A stretch of DNA of 64,000 nt. Origin: Dehalococcoidia bacterium (GTDB taxonomy: Bacteria; Chloroflexota; Dehalococcoidia; Lucifugimonadales; JAAXIE01). Shown one piece after another: positions 9,699-18,968 of the stretch; position 1 is the first letter of the stretch; the number at the start of each line of letters is the position of its first letter. The position numbers and the translations under genes were made by a program. The notes beneath the pieces were generated by a model. That model made no database searches. It saw only the letters and a list, made by a program, of their open reading frames with translations, and was not told the DNA's origin. The DNA lies in assembly GCA_965197805.1 (NCBI GenBank), contig OZ240229.1, positions 1,295,823 to 1,359,822 of the forward strand, given 5' to 3'.

Positions 9699-12600
9699 TC
9701 ACGTCGGTAGCACTACCTGATAGCAGACGACGCCAAGATCGTCTTCGGTGATGGGATCAGGAGCTCGTGGTGCCTCCACCGGCCGTAGGCCGAACCTCGC
9801 GACAACTTCGATGATGCGGCGGGAGCAGTCCGCCACAGTGATCCCGCCGCCTTCGTACTCCCGGCGGAGGTCCGACAACTCACGGCGCACGAGGTTGTTC
9901 CTGCCGGTGGACAGGGCCTGGTCTCCCTCGTCATATTCTTTACCAGTAGGAGCGTCCGGTAAGCGCAGCACGTCCAACGCCCAACGTTGACTAGCAGGCA
10001 GGGAGGCAAACCTTGTCTCGGGGTCGAGGAGCGCGTTGTGAGTCGTGCAGATGTCATCGGCGGCCACCGCAAAGAGGTGCTCAAGGTCAAGCCCCTCTGG
10101 GAGAGGGCATCCGGCCTGCTGTTGGGGGTCTATAAGCCGAACCATCGGCAAGTCTTCGCGGTACAGTATTTCCCCTGATTGGGACACAGTGCGCCAATAG
10201 CGCTCATCCCTGCGTGTCCGACAGGCGAAGAATACCGCAGGCTCCGCCAGTGTGGACGACCGTTGCACGAAAGCGGCCCCGATTCCCCAAGGCAGACCTT
10301 GGAGCCTGCTCACTTCACCTTCCTCGGCGGCGCGCCGGAGATGGGAGCGGAAAAGCTCACCCGCGAATGCCGAGCCCCCAACGCCCTCCTGTTCGTCCAA
10401 CAGCGCAGCATCCCCTTTGGAAAGACGTTCCACAAACGTGCTCAGGTCTGCGTAAACCTGCGACTCCATCTCTACGTCGGCCAATACAGGGGTCTCCATG
10501 CCCACTGAGGCGTTCGCAGCCATGATCTTGGACTGGAGCTTGGCTTCCAGCTTGAGCAGCCTGTCAAGGTCACCCTGTTTAGGGAGCAGGGTGTAGAGAT
10601 ATGCGGTGTCGTGGGGGCTGCGCAGGCGAATTATGCGACCATTACGCTGCACCACTCGCTGAGGGTTCCAAGGCATATCGAACGAGAGCACTGCTTGAGC
10701 CTGTTGTAGGTTCTGGCCCTCAGACAGTATGTCGGTGCTGATAATGACGTCCACTTCACCGCCATCTGGTCGAAATCCCGGCTCGTCCCGCACGGACTCT
10801 GGGCAGAACCGCTCAAGCTCTCTGGTGCGGGCGTCCGCACTGGTCTCCGAGCCGATGACCACCGTCCAATCACGGTTGTCCAGCACTTCCGGTTGCCTTT
10901 CGATTTGCTCTTTCAGATAAGTTGCTGTGTCCTGAAATGCCGTGAACACGGCGACCTTCTGAGACGGCGTTACGGCCATGACGTCCTTCAGCGTATCCAG
11001 CTTGGGGTCGGGGCTGTGCCTCAGGCTTTCCAACCGCGCCGACAGGGTAGCTAGGCTATCCCGGTCACTCTGCAAGTCAGACAAGAACTGGTCGTCGAAT
11101 CTGTTGGCGGGAATGCCTCCCTCCGAGCCAGCCAGTGCCTCGTCGATCAGGTCAGCGCTGAGGAACGTGTCGTCATCGGCATCGCCGACCAAGTCGCGGA
11201 TGACTTCCGGCGGGGGGACCACTCCCCGCTCTGTGATGACATGGAGCATCACGTCATTCGCATTTCTCATCCTGTTCACAGTTTGCAGAGCCGCGTACCA
11301 TGACGACTCGAAGCGTTTTAACAGCTGTGACTGCATCAGCCCGGCAAGCGCATCTTCTGAAGCGGATACGCCCTCATTGTCTAGCCTATAGGCAGATAAG
11401 CGGTACCTCGCCATTGTCAGACCGTCGACTCCATCGTAGATAAATTGCGCGATTCCAGGGTGTGCGCTGTCCAAGTCGTAGCGGCGCTCGTGCAACTCTG
11501 GCTCTGGGAACTTTACAGGCGTCCCGTCCACGAATCGCTCGTTACGGTACCGTTCCTTGACGAAGGCCCGGTCCCGTCGCACTGTCAGAGCGTCGATTAG
11601 GGGGAACAGCTTCGCCTCCGACAGATTCTCTGACTTCGACGCCCCGGCCTCAGCAAAGAGTGTCCGCAGACTGGTAATCTTCAGCGGCTCGCCGTTGAAG
11701 GCACTATCGTGCCTACCGAACAGGAGGAAGAGGTTATGCAGGTCCCAGAGGGAGTTGTTGACCGGAGTCGCAGTGAGGAGCAGTAGCTTCTTCGTAGTGC
11801 CTCCCATCAGCCGGTCCAGAGCTGCGTACCAGGTGTTGTTTATATTGCGGTAGGCGTGGGCCTCATCAATGATGACGAACCGGTACACGTCCTTGTTCAC
11901 CGGAAGCACCCGTCGCCCGCCGTTGGAAGCCAGTTGGCAGTCCTGCGCCAACTCCTGATAGGACACGACGGTTCCAGGCAGGTTTTCCTCGGCTAGGCGC
12001 TGCTCCCACAGGCGGTCCCGAAGCTGGGCCGGGGAGATTACCAGCACGTGCTGACCCAGGTCGCGGGTGTGCTCCCGGATCAACTGCACGCCGATCTCAG
12101 TCTTGCCCATGCCCACGCCGTCGGCATACAGGACGCCGCCGTAGCGGTCCAGAATCCGTTTTGCCCGCGCCAACCCATCTCGCTGGAAAGCGGTTAGGGC
12201 GTGTAGGTCAGGTATCGGCATTTCGTCATCCAGTTCGTCTCCATAGAGTTCCAGTAGTGCTCGTAAGAAGACGGTCTGAGGGTCGCTCTCCAAGGCAGGT
12301 GGTCGCAGCAGTTCCAACAGTTCTTCGCGGAAGTCCAGGGCATCGTCCCATAGGCGCCGGTGCCAGCCCAACGCCATGCCAACAACATTGGGTTGGTAGT
12401 GCACCATGCCCAGTTCGAGATTGGCGACGAGTCCACCTTGCGTGAGGTTGGCCGACGACACCAGGGCCGCCCCAGGTCCAATCGTAGATCCGCCGTCATT
12501 CAGTTGACCGATGACGTAAGCCTTGCCGTGGAGGAAACGTCGAATGTAACGACGTACTGCAACAGCGTCGGATTCAAAGAAGCGGGTCACCCGGTCCAAG

Positions 12601-12932
12601 ACAGCCCGCCGAAAGGCTGGAAAGGCAGAGAAGTCCCTCTCACGACGCAGAGCTGACACGGACTGGTCGAAACGGTCGGCCACGGTTTCCCCCGGCGAGC
12701 CAGCTAATCCCTCTGGCACCGCTCCGACCAACAGGCGAGTAGGTTGTTCCCTCCCCGCGGCTATCTTGGCTAGCGCGTCCAGCCCCTCAAGACCAATATA
12801 GCCTGTGGCCACATTCAGCGGCGCGGAGTAGTACTCTGCCAGCCATACCAACGCTTGGTGGTGGTTACCGTAGTCAACGTTGTCCACCAGTTCATAGGAG
12901 CCGTGTTGCGAGGCGTTGCTGCTGGCCGTCAT
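9699..12932 (-). CDS. PLD-family nuclease domain fused to an SNF2-family helicase/translocase
   Basis: 1077-aa ORF. PLD motif 'FLHGKAYVIG...LVSSANLTQGG' at aa 133-167. SNF2 motifs 'DGVGMGKT' (aa 271-278), 'IIDEAHAYRN' (aa 354-363), 'LLLTATPVNN' and 'FDMPWNPQRVVQRNGRIIRLRS'. The ~280-aa C-terminus is unassigned. Confidence 0.85.
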   Translation of the reverse strand: MTASSNASQHGSYELVDNVDYGNHHQALVWLAEYYSAPLNVATGYIGLEGLDALAKIAAGREQPTRLLVGAVPEGLAGSPGETVADRFDQSVSALRRERDFSAFPAFRRAVLDRVTRFFESDAVAVRRYIRRFLHGKAYVIGQLNDGGSTIGPGAALVSSANLTQGGLVANLELGMVHYQPNVVGMALGWHRRLWDDALDFREELLELLRPPALESDPQTVFLRALLELYGDELDDEMPIPDLHALTAFQRDGLARAKRILDRYGGVLYADGVGMGKTEIGVQLIREHTRDLGQHVLVISPAQLRDRLWEQRLAEENLPGTVVSYQELAQDCQLASNGGRRVLPVNKDVYRFVIIDEAHAYRNINNTWYAALDRLMGGTTKKLLLLTATPVNNSLWDLHNLFLLFGRHDSAFNGEPLKITSLRTLFAEAGASKSENLSEAKLFPLIDALTVRRDRAFVKERYRNERFVDGTPVKFPEPELHERRYDLDSAHPGIAQFIYDGVDGLTMARYRLSAYRLDNEGVSASEDALAGLMQSQLLKRFESSWYAALQTVNRMRNANDVMLHVITERGVVPPPEVIRDLVGDADDDTFLSADLIDEALAGSEGGIPANRFDDQFLSDLQSDRDSLATLSARLESLRHSPDPKLDTLKDVMAVTPSQKVAVFTAFQDTATYLKEQIERQPEVLDNRDWTVVIGSETSADARTRELERFCPESVRDEPGFRPDGGEVDVIISTDILSEGQNLQQAQAVLSFDMPWNPQRVVQRNGRIIRLRSPHDTAYLYTLLPKQGDLDRLLKLEAKLQSKIMAANASVGMETPVLADVEMESQVYADLSTFVERLSKGDAALLDEQEGVGGSAFAGELFRSHLRRAAEEGEVSRLQGLPWGIGAAFVQRSSTLAEPAVFFACRTRRDERYWRTVSQSGEILYREDLPMVRLIDPQQQAGCPLPEGLDLEHLFAVAADDICTTHNALLDPETRFASLPASQRWALDVLRLPDAPTGKEYDEGDQALSTGRNNLVRRELSDLRREYEGGGITVADCSRRIIEVVARFGLRPVEAPRAPDPITEDDLGVVCYQVVLPT

Positions 12933-12947
12933 ATCTCCCTCTTTACC

Positions 12948-15900
12948 TTAAAGGTCCTCGAACTTCTCCACCACCTGATTGCGGTAGGCCGGGCCAACGG
13001 CGTCCTCAGTGAAGTCTGTGAAGATGAAACGCAATTCATCCTCCGCAAGACCGTAGGCTCTCGCCACCAGCGCGTCTATCTCTGCTCGCATATCGTTGCG
13101 CTGGACGTCGGTCAGCGGGCCATATTCGACTTCGGCCCCAATTGAAAATTCGTAGAATCGTTCGTCGACGCAGGACAATCGCGCCGCAAGTCGGCCAATG
13201 CGGACCCATGGAGTGTTGTCGGGAGGGGGGAAGGTAAGCATATTCAGAATGAAATGGTTAAAGTTCATCTCGACGTATCTACGGGCTAACCAATCGAATG
13301 TGACTGAATTGATCACACCCAATACGGCTGCTTGTGGCAGTGCATTCCATCCACTGAATACCAGATAGGGAGCCGCATTCGTAAGAGGTGTTCGGGGAGG
13401 CACTATGCATGCATTCATGGTGCGCGAGTTCGTTCGGTTGGTGACGTGCCCATAAGCAATTCGGCAGTGGTTTATTGGATGAGTGTCAGGATTTGAGAGG
13501 AAAGTGGACGGGAATATGCTCTTGAAAACACGGGAACGCATTCGCTTATTGTGTACAAAGTCTAAAACCTCATCCCACACACAGTATCCAGCAGGTTCAT
13601 TGCCATGCGGATCGTACTGGTCAAATGAACGACCCTTCCATACTGCGACACCTTGAGAATGGGAGAACAGGGCGCGCTGCTGCGTCTCATGTAATTCCGC
13701 ATAGGGAACTAGATGAGACGCAGCAGCGCGCCCTGTTGCGGTCGTTGTACTTTGGGGATTCTGTAGACAGTCGAACTGAACTCCCCCCCGTATCTTCGTC
13801 AGCAGGTTAGAATGTATCTGGCTTGGTAGGAGAGGCACCACTTTGGCACTTCCCAAAGAGGATGCCGGGATACTAACGCCCTGACTACGGGTGACTTCTT
13901 GGAACTCTCTGAGGCTTGATGATGGCCCCGTGATTCGGAAGGTGGTTAACTCGTAAGGCGTGCTACGCTGGCCGGTCAGTAGCGCCACCGTATAACGAGG
14001 CTCCATATCGAACGCCCAGCGCTTTGCATTCAGCAGATAGTCCACCTTGCTCACTGTTGTCTGCCCAAATAGCCATTCCCTGAATCCCCTAGCTCCCTCC
14101 GCAAGGAACGCTGTTCTGGGTAGCACCACGCCCAGACGCCCTTCCTGCCTGACGAGGTGGCTGTACCGCTCGCAGAAAAGCTGATAAAGGTCTGTGTCGC
14201 CCACGCCTTGCAGCTGATATCCTCCACTATGGGAAAAGAACGCCCGGATGTTTGCTAGACGTACTTGCTCCGCTTCAAACTCCCCACGCCAGTTGGGGTT
14301 CTCTTCATCAAGTGCTGCAATACGTGCGCGCCTGTCCGTCAAATTGCTTATACCTCGCAGTCCGGGTTCCCGCAATAAGTAGAAGCGCAGTTCTTCGATG
14401 GTGACTTCGTTCCACGGGGGATTACCGACGACCACGTCGAACCCCGGGCGCTCACGGTGGAAGACGTTGGGAAACTCCAGTGGCCAGTGAAAGAATCGGT
14501 ACTGGGCAGCGGTGCCCGAGGCCTCGGCCATTACAGTTGCTATCTCAGTGGTCCTGCCGTCGTCACGCGCGACGATCGCGTCAGCATGGGTTTCCAGTGT
14601 GTGACGGGCACCTTCCAGACCTAGAGGTTCCGCCGCCCACAGGTCGAAGACGGACCGCAGACCTGCAGTGGCTCCGTGAAGGTCTGCGCCCATCTCCTCG
14701 GAGCGTTTCACCTCGTCGGGGGTTCGGTCTGGGTTCTCAGCCAGCGTACGCTGCAGATCGGCCGCACGCGTCATCGCATCAGCGACGGCCTGACCGGTGA
14801 ACATCGGGCTATCATTTGCGCCCACCACCAATGGGTCGGCCACTCCAATGAGGGCGTCGCCACACTTGAGATTGCTGCCCAGATAGGAGAGAGCTAGACC
14901 AGGGACGAAGGAAGCCAACCACAGAGTGACGTTTGCCACCTCCACTGCCATTGGTGAAAGGTCAACGCCGTAGATACAACGCTTGAGGATGAGCCGCCGA
15001 AGCAGTTCTCCGTCCTCAGGTGGCCGCGAGGCCAGCCCGTTTTCCTGGCTCAATTCGCTGAGTTGCTGGGCAATACTAGGTAGTCCGCCGACTTCCGCGA
15101 GGAAAATCCCCATTCGGTCAGCTATGATGCCCAAGGCAGCTGTTAAGAAGTGGGCACTACCCATTGCAGGGTCCACAATTGAAAAATCGAACAGCCTGCG
15201 GGTTGCTTCTTTGGGGTTTCGGACAGCCACATTCCTGATTTCTTCCAAGTGTTCATCAAGAGCGGGAAGTAGCGAATGGTTGAGGAGATGGTCTACGAAC
15301 TCACGCCTTGTGTAAAATACGCCCCCAGCTTTGCGTCCACCCGCCTCGGCTTGGTAGTAGAGCTGTGCTTTAGTCACCTCCGGCTGCTCCCCGGCGCGCG
15401 CAGGCCTAAACACGTCCTGCTTGGGATCGTAGGCTAAATCTTCGGGAGCGCGCGTAAGGCGCAGGGTCAACAACGCTTCGTAAATGGCTCCAAGGTGGCC
15501 AATCTGCAGGCCAGCATAGTCCAAGCCCGGAGCGTCAGGCTTGTCGGTTTCATAGGCGATGGCCATCAATGCCGGGACCAGATACACATCAGCGACCTCA
15601 GCCCGTTCCAGCAGATCGCTACCCGGGAAGCCGGCGGCAGCGAAAAGGCTGCCGTTGTAGGCTGGCACCGCGGCAGACCGGTCTCCCGTCCGCACCATCC
15701 GCACCAGCGTACGGAGCCGGTCCCATCGCTGTGTAGCTCTCCGGCTCAAAGACGACTGAGCCAGTCGGGAATCTTCGGCAAGCTGGAGGGCGCTATGTGG
15801 CTGGTATGCTGCCGATCCAATAGGCAAGTAACCGCGGGCTTCTGTGTGCAACAGGAACATGAAACGGAATACCAAGGTAAGTGCAGCCTCTTCTATCTGC

Positions 15901-16937
15901 CGGAGCTGCCCTCGGTCGCTTAAGTCAGCGCCCTGTGTTTCAAGCCACTCTCCAAGCCCTCGTGCTATGTTCGGCAGTGCATCCTGGATGAGCCTCTCTT
16001 CTAGACCCTTGCGTAGCTCCTCTCCGAAGTACTTAACCTCATTGACCCATGTAGTTAGCCACCCGTTCTCCTTCAGCGATTCCGGTGCGAGAAGGCCAAG
16101 GTAGAGGCGGTCTTTCCGCTCCAACTCACCCAGGTCTATCTCCACATGCTGCCCAGTCGCAGGTCCTACCGGGGGTCTCCGCTGAAATAAACGATATCGG
16201 CCTTCTGCAGCTAACACACCCCAATACGCTCCGTGTTGGGCAGAGTCTGCCAATACCATCCCCTCGGGCAGTTCGCCGTTGTCCGTGAGGCGACTGAACT
16301 GATTCGCGTCGCGGTGAAGGTGGAGTACGGCAACTGGAGTTTTTTCGTATCTCAGTAAGTAGCCGCGTTGGGGCAACTGCTCGACCTGGTAGCCCATGCC
16401 CTGGAAGAGAGCACGCCAGTCCATACCGGCAGTAGGTGTTATGCCTTCGATGGCACGGGACAGTCGCTGCTCGTTAATGGGCCAGCGTAGGCGGTCCCGC
16501 AAGAAATGAGGAGTAAGGAGGTCCTTGACCCGGAGGCCGGGGACCACTGCCTCCTCAAGACGGCTGAACTCCCGCGCCAAGAACGACGCGGCTTCACGGG
16601 TTGCCAAGCCTCGGCTCGTCTCCAACAGGCCAAGGACTCGATGGGCAGGCAGCTCGCGAACTGGGCGGGCATCCTGTGGCCCAGCGACGCGTACTTTAGC
16701 TTCCTGGTCTGAAGGAGCCAGCAAGACGACTGGATGGGGCTGACGGCCTTTCCTAGCTTCCCACAATCTGCGCAGATCAGCATCGCTCGCTGCGTGATCG
16801 GCCCACAGGAGGTGGTAGGACGACGTTTCCCAAGCTCTCGCTGAAGACCCCGCCTGAGACGTCCAGCTTCGGCCTTGGCCGTAAGCAGCTTCCAAGCGTG
16901 CAATCAACTGGCTGGTGCTAGGTGATTTCATAGCCAT
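12948..16937 (-). CDS. PglX / type IIG-like gamma-class N6-adenine DNA methyltransferase
   Basis: 1329-aa ORF with 'YNGSLF' (aa 427-432), 'RKAGGVFYTRREFV', motif I 'DPAMGSAHFL' (aa 589-598) and motif IV 'VVVGNPPWNEV'. 15-nt gap with a GAGGGAG SD before the helicase gene. Confidence 0.8.
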   Translation of the reverse strand: MAMKSPSTSQLIARLEAAYGQGRSWTSQAGSSARAWETSSYHLLWADHAASDADLRRLWEARKGRQPHPVVLLAPSDQEAKVRVAGPQDARPVRELPAHRVLGLLETSRGLATREAASFLAREFSRLEEAVVPGLRVKDLLTPHFLRDRLRWPINEQRLSRAIEGITPTAGMDWRALFQGMGYQVEQLPQRGYLLRYEKTPVAVLHLHRDANQFSRLTDNGELPEGMVLADSAQHGAYWGVLAAEGRYRLFQRRPPVGPATGQHVEIDLGELERKDRLYLGLLAPESLKENGWLTTWVNEVKYFGEELRKGLEERLIQDALPNIARGLGEWLETQGADLSDRGQLRQIEEAALTLVFRFMFLLHTEARGYLPIGSAAYQPHSALQLAEDSRLAQSSLSRRATQRWDRLRTLVRMVRTGDRSAAVPAYNGSLFAAAGFPGSDLLERAEVADVYLVPALMAIAYETDKPDAPGLDYAGLQIGHLGAIYEALLTLRLTRAPEDLAYDPKQDVFRPARAGEQPEVTKAQLYYQAEAGGRKAGGVFYTRREFVDHLLNHSLLPALDEHLEEIRNVAVRNPKEATRRLFDFSIVDPAMGSAHFLTAALGIIADRMGIFLAEVGGLPSIAQQLSELSQENGLASRPPEDGELLRRLILKRCIYGVDLSPMAVEVANVTLWLASFVPGLALSYLGSNLKCGDALIGVADPLVVGANDSPMFTGQAVADAMTRAADLQRTLAENPDRTPDEVKRSEEMGADLHGATAGLRSVFDLWAAEPLGLEGARHTLETHADAIVARDDGRTTEIATVMAEASGTAAQYRFFHWPLEFPNVFHRERPGFDVVVGNPPWNEVTIEELRFYLLREPGLRGISNLTDRRARIAALDEENPNWRGEFEAEQVRLANIRAFFSHSGGYQLQGVGDTDLYQLFCERYSHLVRQEGRLGVVLPRTAFLAEGARGFREWLFGQTTVSKVDYLLNAKRWAFDMEPRYTVALLTGQRSTPYELTTFRITGPSSSLREFQEVTRSQGVSIPASSLGSAKVVPLLPSQIHSNLLTKIRGGVQFDCLQNPQSTTTATGRAAASHLVPYAELHETQQRALFSHSQGVAVWKGRSFDQYDPHGNEPAGYCVWDEVLDFVHNKRMRSRVFKSIFPSTFLSNPDTHPINHCRIAYGHVTNRTNSRTMNACIVPPRTPLTNAAPYLVFSGWNALPQAAVLGVINSVTFDWLARRYVEMNFNHFILNMLTFPPPDNTPWVRIGRLAARLSCVDERFYEFSIGAEVEYGPLTDVQRNDMRAEIDALVARAYGLAEDELRFIFTDFTEDAVGPAYRNQVVEKFEDL

Positions 16938-17082
16938 CCACTACTTTATAGACATGCGACAATTTGCACGGGTGATCAGGACCTAGAGGAGAGGCAACAC
17001 AACGTAATGTTGCAAGCTGCCTCTCAATAAATTCCGGAGCCACGTAAACTGGCCAAGCGGGCTGCGCTTCCAGCTCCTTGCC

Positions 17083-17265
17083 TCAGCTCCCACGCCGGTA
17101 GCGGTATTCCTTGTCCCAGTTGGCGCTCTTGCACTTTGGGCAGACGCGTGGCCGTTCCTTGTTCAAACCTTTACTGGTCCACTCGTGTCCGCAACGGCAC
17201 CTGTAGGCCGTTACCTCGATCTTGAATGAACCTGGACGTTTGCCGTCGTCGTCTGCGGTCGCCAC
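17083..17265 (-). CDS. Small Zn-ribbon protein, first gene of the MTase-helicase operon (possible controller)
   Basis: 'CRCGHEW...CPKCKSANW' gives two Cys pairs. GTG at 17265 lies 6 nt after GGAGG (17276-17272) and downstream of the predicted minus-strand promoter. The track ORF extends to 17316, into the palindrome. Confidence 0.45.
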   Translation of the reverse strand: MATADDDGKRPGSFKIEVTAYRCRCGHEWTSKGLNKERPRVCPKCKSANWDKEYRYRRGS

Positions 17266-17287
17266 CTTTGACCTCCGGTGCAATTCA

Positions 17288-17344
17288 CTAATACTATAGA
17301 GTATTAGGGTTGACACTACAACCCGTAATACTCTATAGTATTAG
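17288..17344. promoter_or_regulatory. 25/26-bp inverted repeat containing back-to-back divergent promoters
   Basis: CTAATACTATAGAGTATTAGGGTTG (17288-17312) pairs with CAACCCGTAATACTCTATAGTATTAG (17319-17344). Plus strand: TTGACA (17310-17315), N18, TATAGT (17334-17339). Minus strand: TTGTAG (17321-17316), N17, TATAGT (17298-17293). Confidence 0.6.
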
Positions 17345-17370
17345 TATACTACTGAGCATAGGGTGATGCT

Positions 17371-18633
17371 ATGGTGGAAGCGGCCACCGAACTTGACCTC
17401 CACGGTTCCGACGATGGCCGTCGGCAGCGGGGCCTTGCGATTGCAGCCATCGCTCGCATCACCAAGACCAAGCTGGGCTACAAGGTCCCCTCTCAATCCG
17501 GCGAGGGTTCTTATGCGGTGAACCTCGCTGACGACGACCCCTACTGCAGTTGCCCAGACTTTGAGAAGCGACAGGTGTCTTGCAAGCATATCTACGCAGT
17601 ACGGTACTTCATCCAGCGCGAGGGGCAACAATCTAGCGCTGTGGTGCACTCTCAGAGCCTCCGGCCGACCTATCGGCAAGACTGGCCCGCATATAATGCG
17701 GCACAGGCCCACGAGGGTGAGCACTTCCATACTCTCCTTCGGGAACTCTGCGACACTGTGCCACAGCCCCTACAGGCAGGTAAAGGACGCCCACGGCTGC
17801 CTTTGGCCGATGTGGTATTCGGCATCGGCCTCAAGGTCTACTCAACGTTCTCCGGGCGTCGTGCCATGTCGAACATCCGCACTGCTGAGGCAAACGGTCT
17901 CCTAGATCACGCGCCCTCATTCACCAGCGTGTTCCGATACTTGGAGAATCCTGCCCTGACGCCTGTGCTCAAGTCCTTGATTCAGCAGAGCTCCCTGGCC
18001 CTCACGTCCGTCGAGACCGAATTTGCCGTGGACTCCAGCGGGTTCGCCACCACGACCTATCACCGATGGTTTGACCACAAGTGGGGCAAGGAGATCAAGG
18101 AGGCGGAGTTCGTTAAGGCGCATCTGATCTGCGGAGTTACTACCAACATCGTGACGGCTGCCGAGGCTTCTGTAACTCGAGACAACGATGCTCCTTACCT
18201 GGCCCCGTTCGTGCAGACCACTGCGCAACACTTCATCGTCAATGAAGTCTCCGCCGACAAGGCCTATCTGACGAAACGGAACCTACACGCGGTCCAAGAG
18301 GTAGGAGGTACTGCCTACATCCCATTTAAGTCCAATTCCGTCGCTAGTAACCCCAAGGTGAAGCGGGACCCTCTTTGGACCAAGATGTATCACTACTATC
18401 ATCTCAACCGGGCTGAGTTCTTACAGCACTACCACAAAAGGTCCAACGTGGAAACGACGTTCTCCATGGTCAAAGCGAAGTTTGGCTCCGCAGTCCGTGC
18501 CAAGACTCCGGTCGCACAGATCAACGAGGTCTTGACAAAGGTTCTGTGTCACAATGTCTGCGTGGTTATACAGTCCGCCTACGAGCTGGGGATTAACCCG
18601 GTGTTCTCTCCAACAATGCCCGAGTCGGCCTAG
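17371..18633 (+). CDS. SWIM zinc-finger + DDE (IS4/IS5-type) transposase, paralogue A
   Basis: 420-aa ORF. SWIM motif 'CSCPDFEKRQVSCKHIYAV'. DDE candidates 'FAVDSSGF', 'VSADKAYL' and 'YHKRSNVETTFSMVKAKFG'. Confidence 0.8.
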   Translation: MVEAATELDLHGSDDGRRQRGLAIAAIARITKTKLGYKVPSQSGEGSYAVNLADDDPYCSCPDFEKRQVSCKHIYAVRYFIQREGQQSSAVVHSQSLRPTYRQDWPAYNAAQAHEGEHFHTLLRELCDTVPQPLQAGKGRPRLPLADVVFGIGLKVYSTFSGRRAMSNIRTAEANGLLDHAPSFTSVFRYLENPALTPVLKSLIQQSSLALTSVETEFAVDSSGFATTTYHRWFDHKWGKEIKEAEFVKAHLICGVTTNIVTAAEASVTRDNDAPYLAPFVQTTAQHFIVNEVSADKAYLTKRNLHAVQEVGGTAYIPFKSNSVASNPKVKRDPLWTKMYHYYHLNRAEFLQHYHKRSNVETTFSMVKAKFGSAVRAKTPVAQINEVLTKVLCHNVCVVIQSAYELGINPVFSPTMPESA

Positions 18634-18968
18634 GACCGGGTACCCCTTTGCGCCCTGCGCCTCGAAGGCCACAGATGCCTTATGGTCCCCGACTTCCATA
18701 CCTTCTCGCTCCCACGGGCAGCACATGCATCCTTAAGCAGCTTATCTCCGTCGCTTTGTGACCCTGCACGTTCCGCTGCCTCTGGATCCGGCCAAGTCTC
18801 TAGGTCTGCGACATTCGGTAGCAACCAGCGTGGCAACCGCAATCTATTGTGTCTTCAGACAATCAGGTGCACGTCCCATAAATCCCCCGAAAGTATAGAC
18901 CATCACGGTTGGCACAACGACACGCTACACCGTTAGAGTATGAGGATGTTCCTTAAGTTGGGAGCCGA

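Noticed and set aside
9699-16937. Calling the SNF2/PLD + MTase pair a complete DISARM or BREX system
   Set aside because: No DrmA helicase, DrmB (DUF1998), PglZ, BrxC or BrxL-like ORF exists anywhere in the window. Only a resemblance to DrmD/DrmC/DrmMI and PglX can be claimed.
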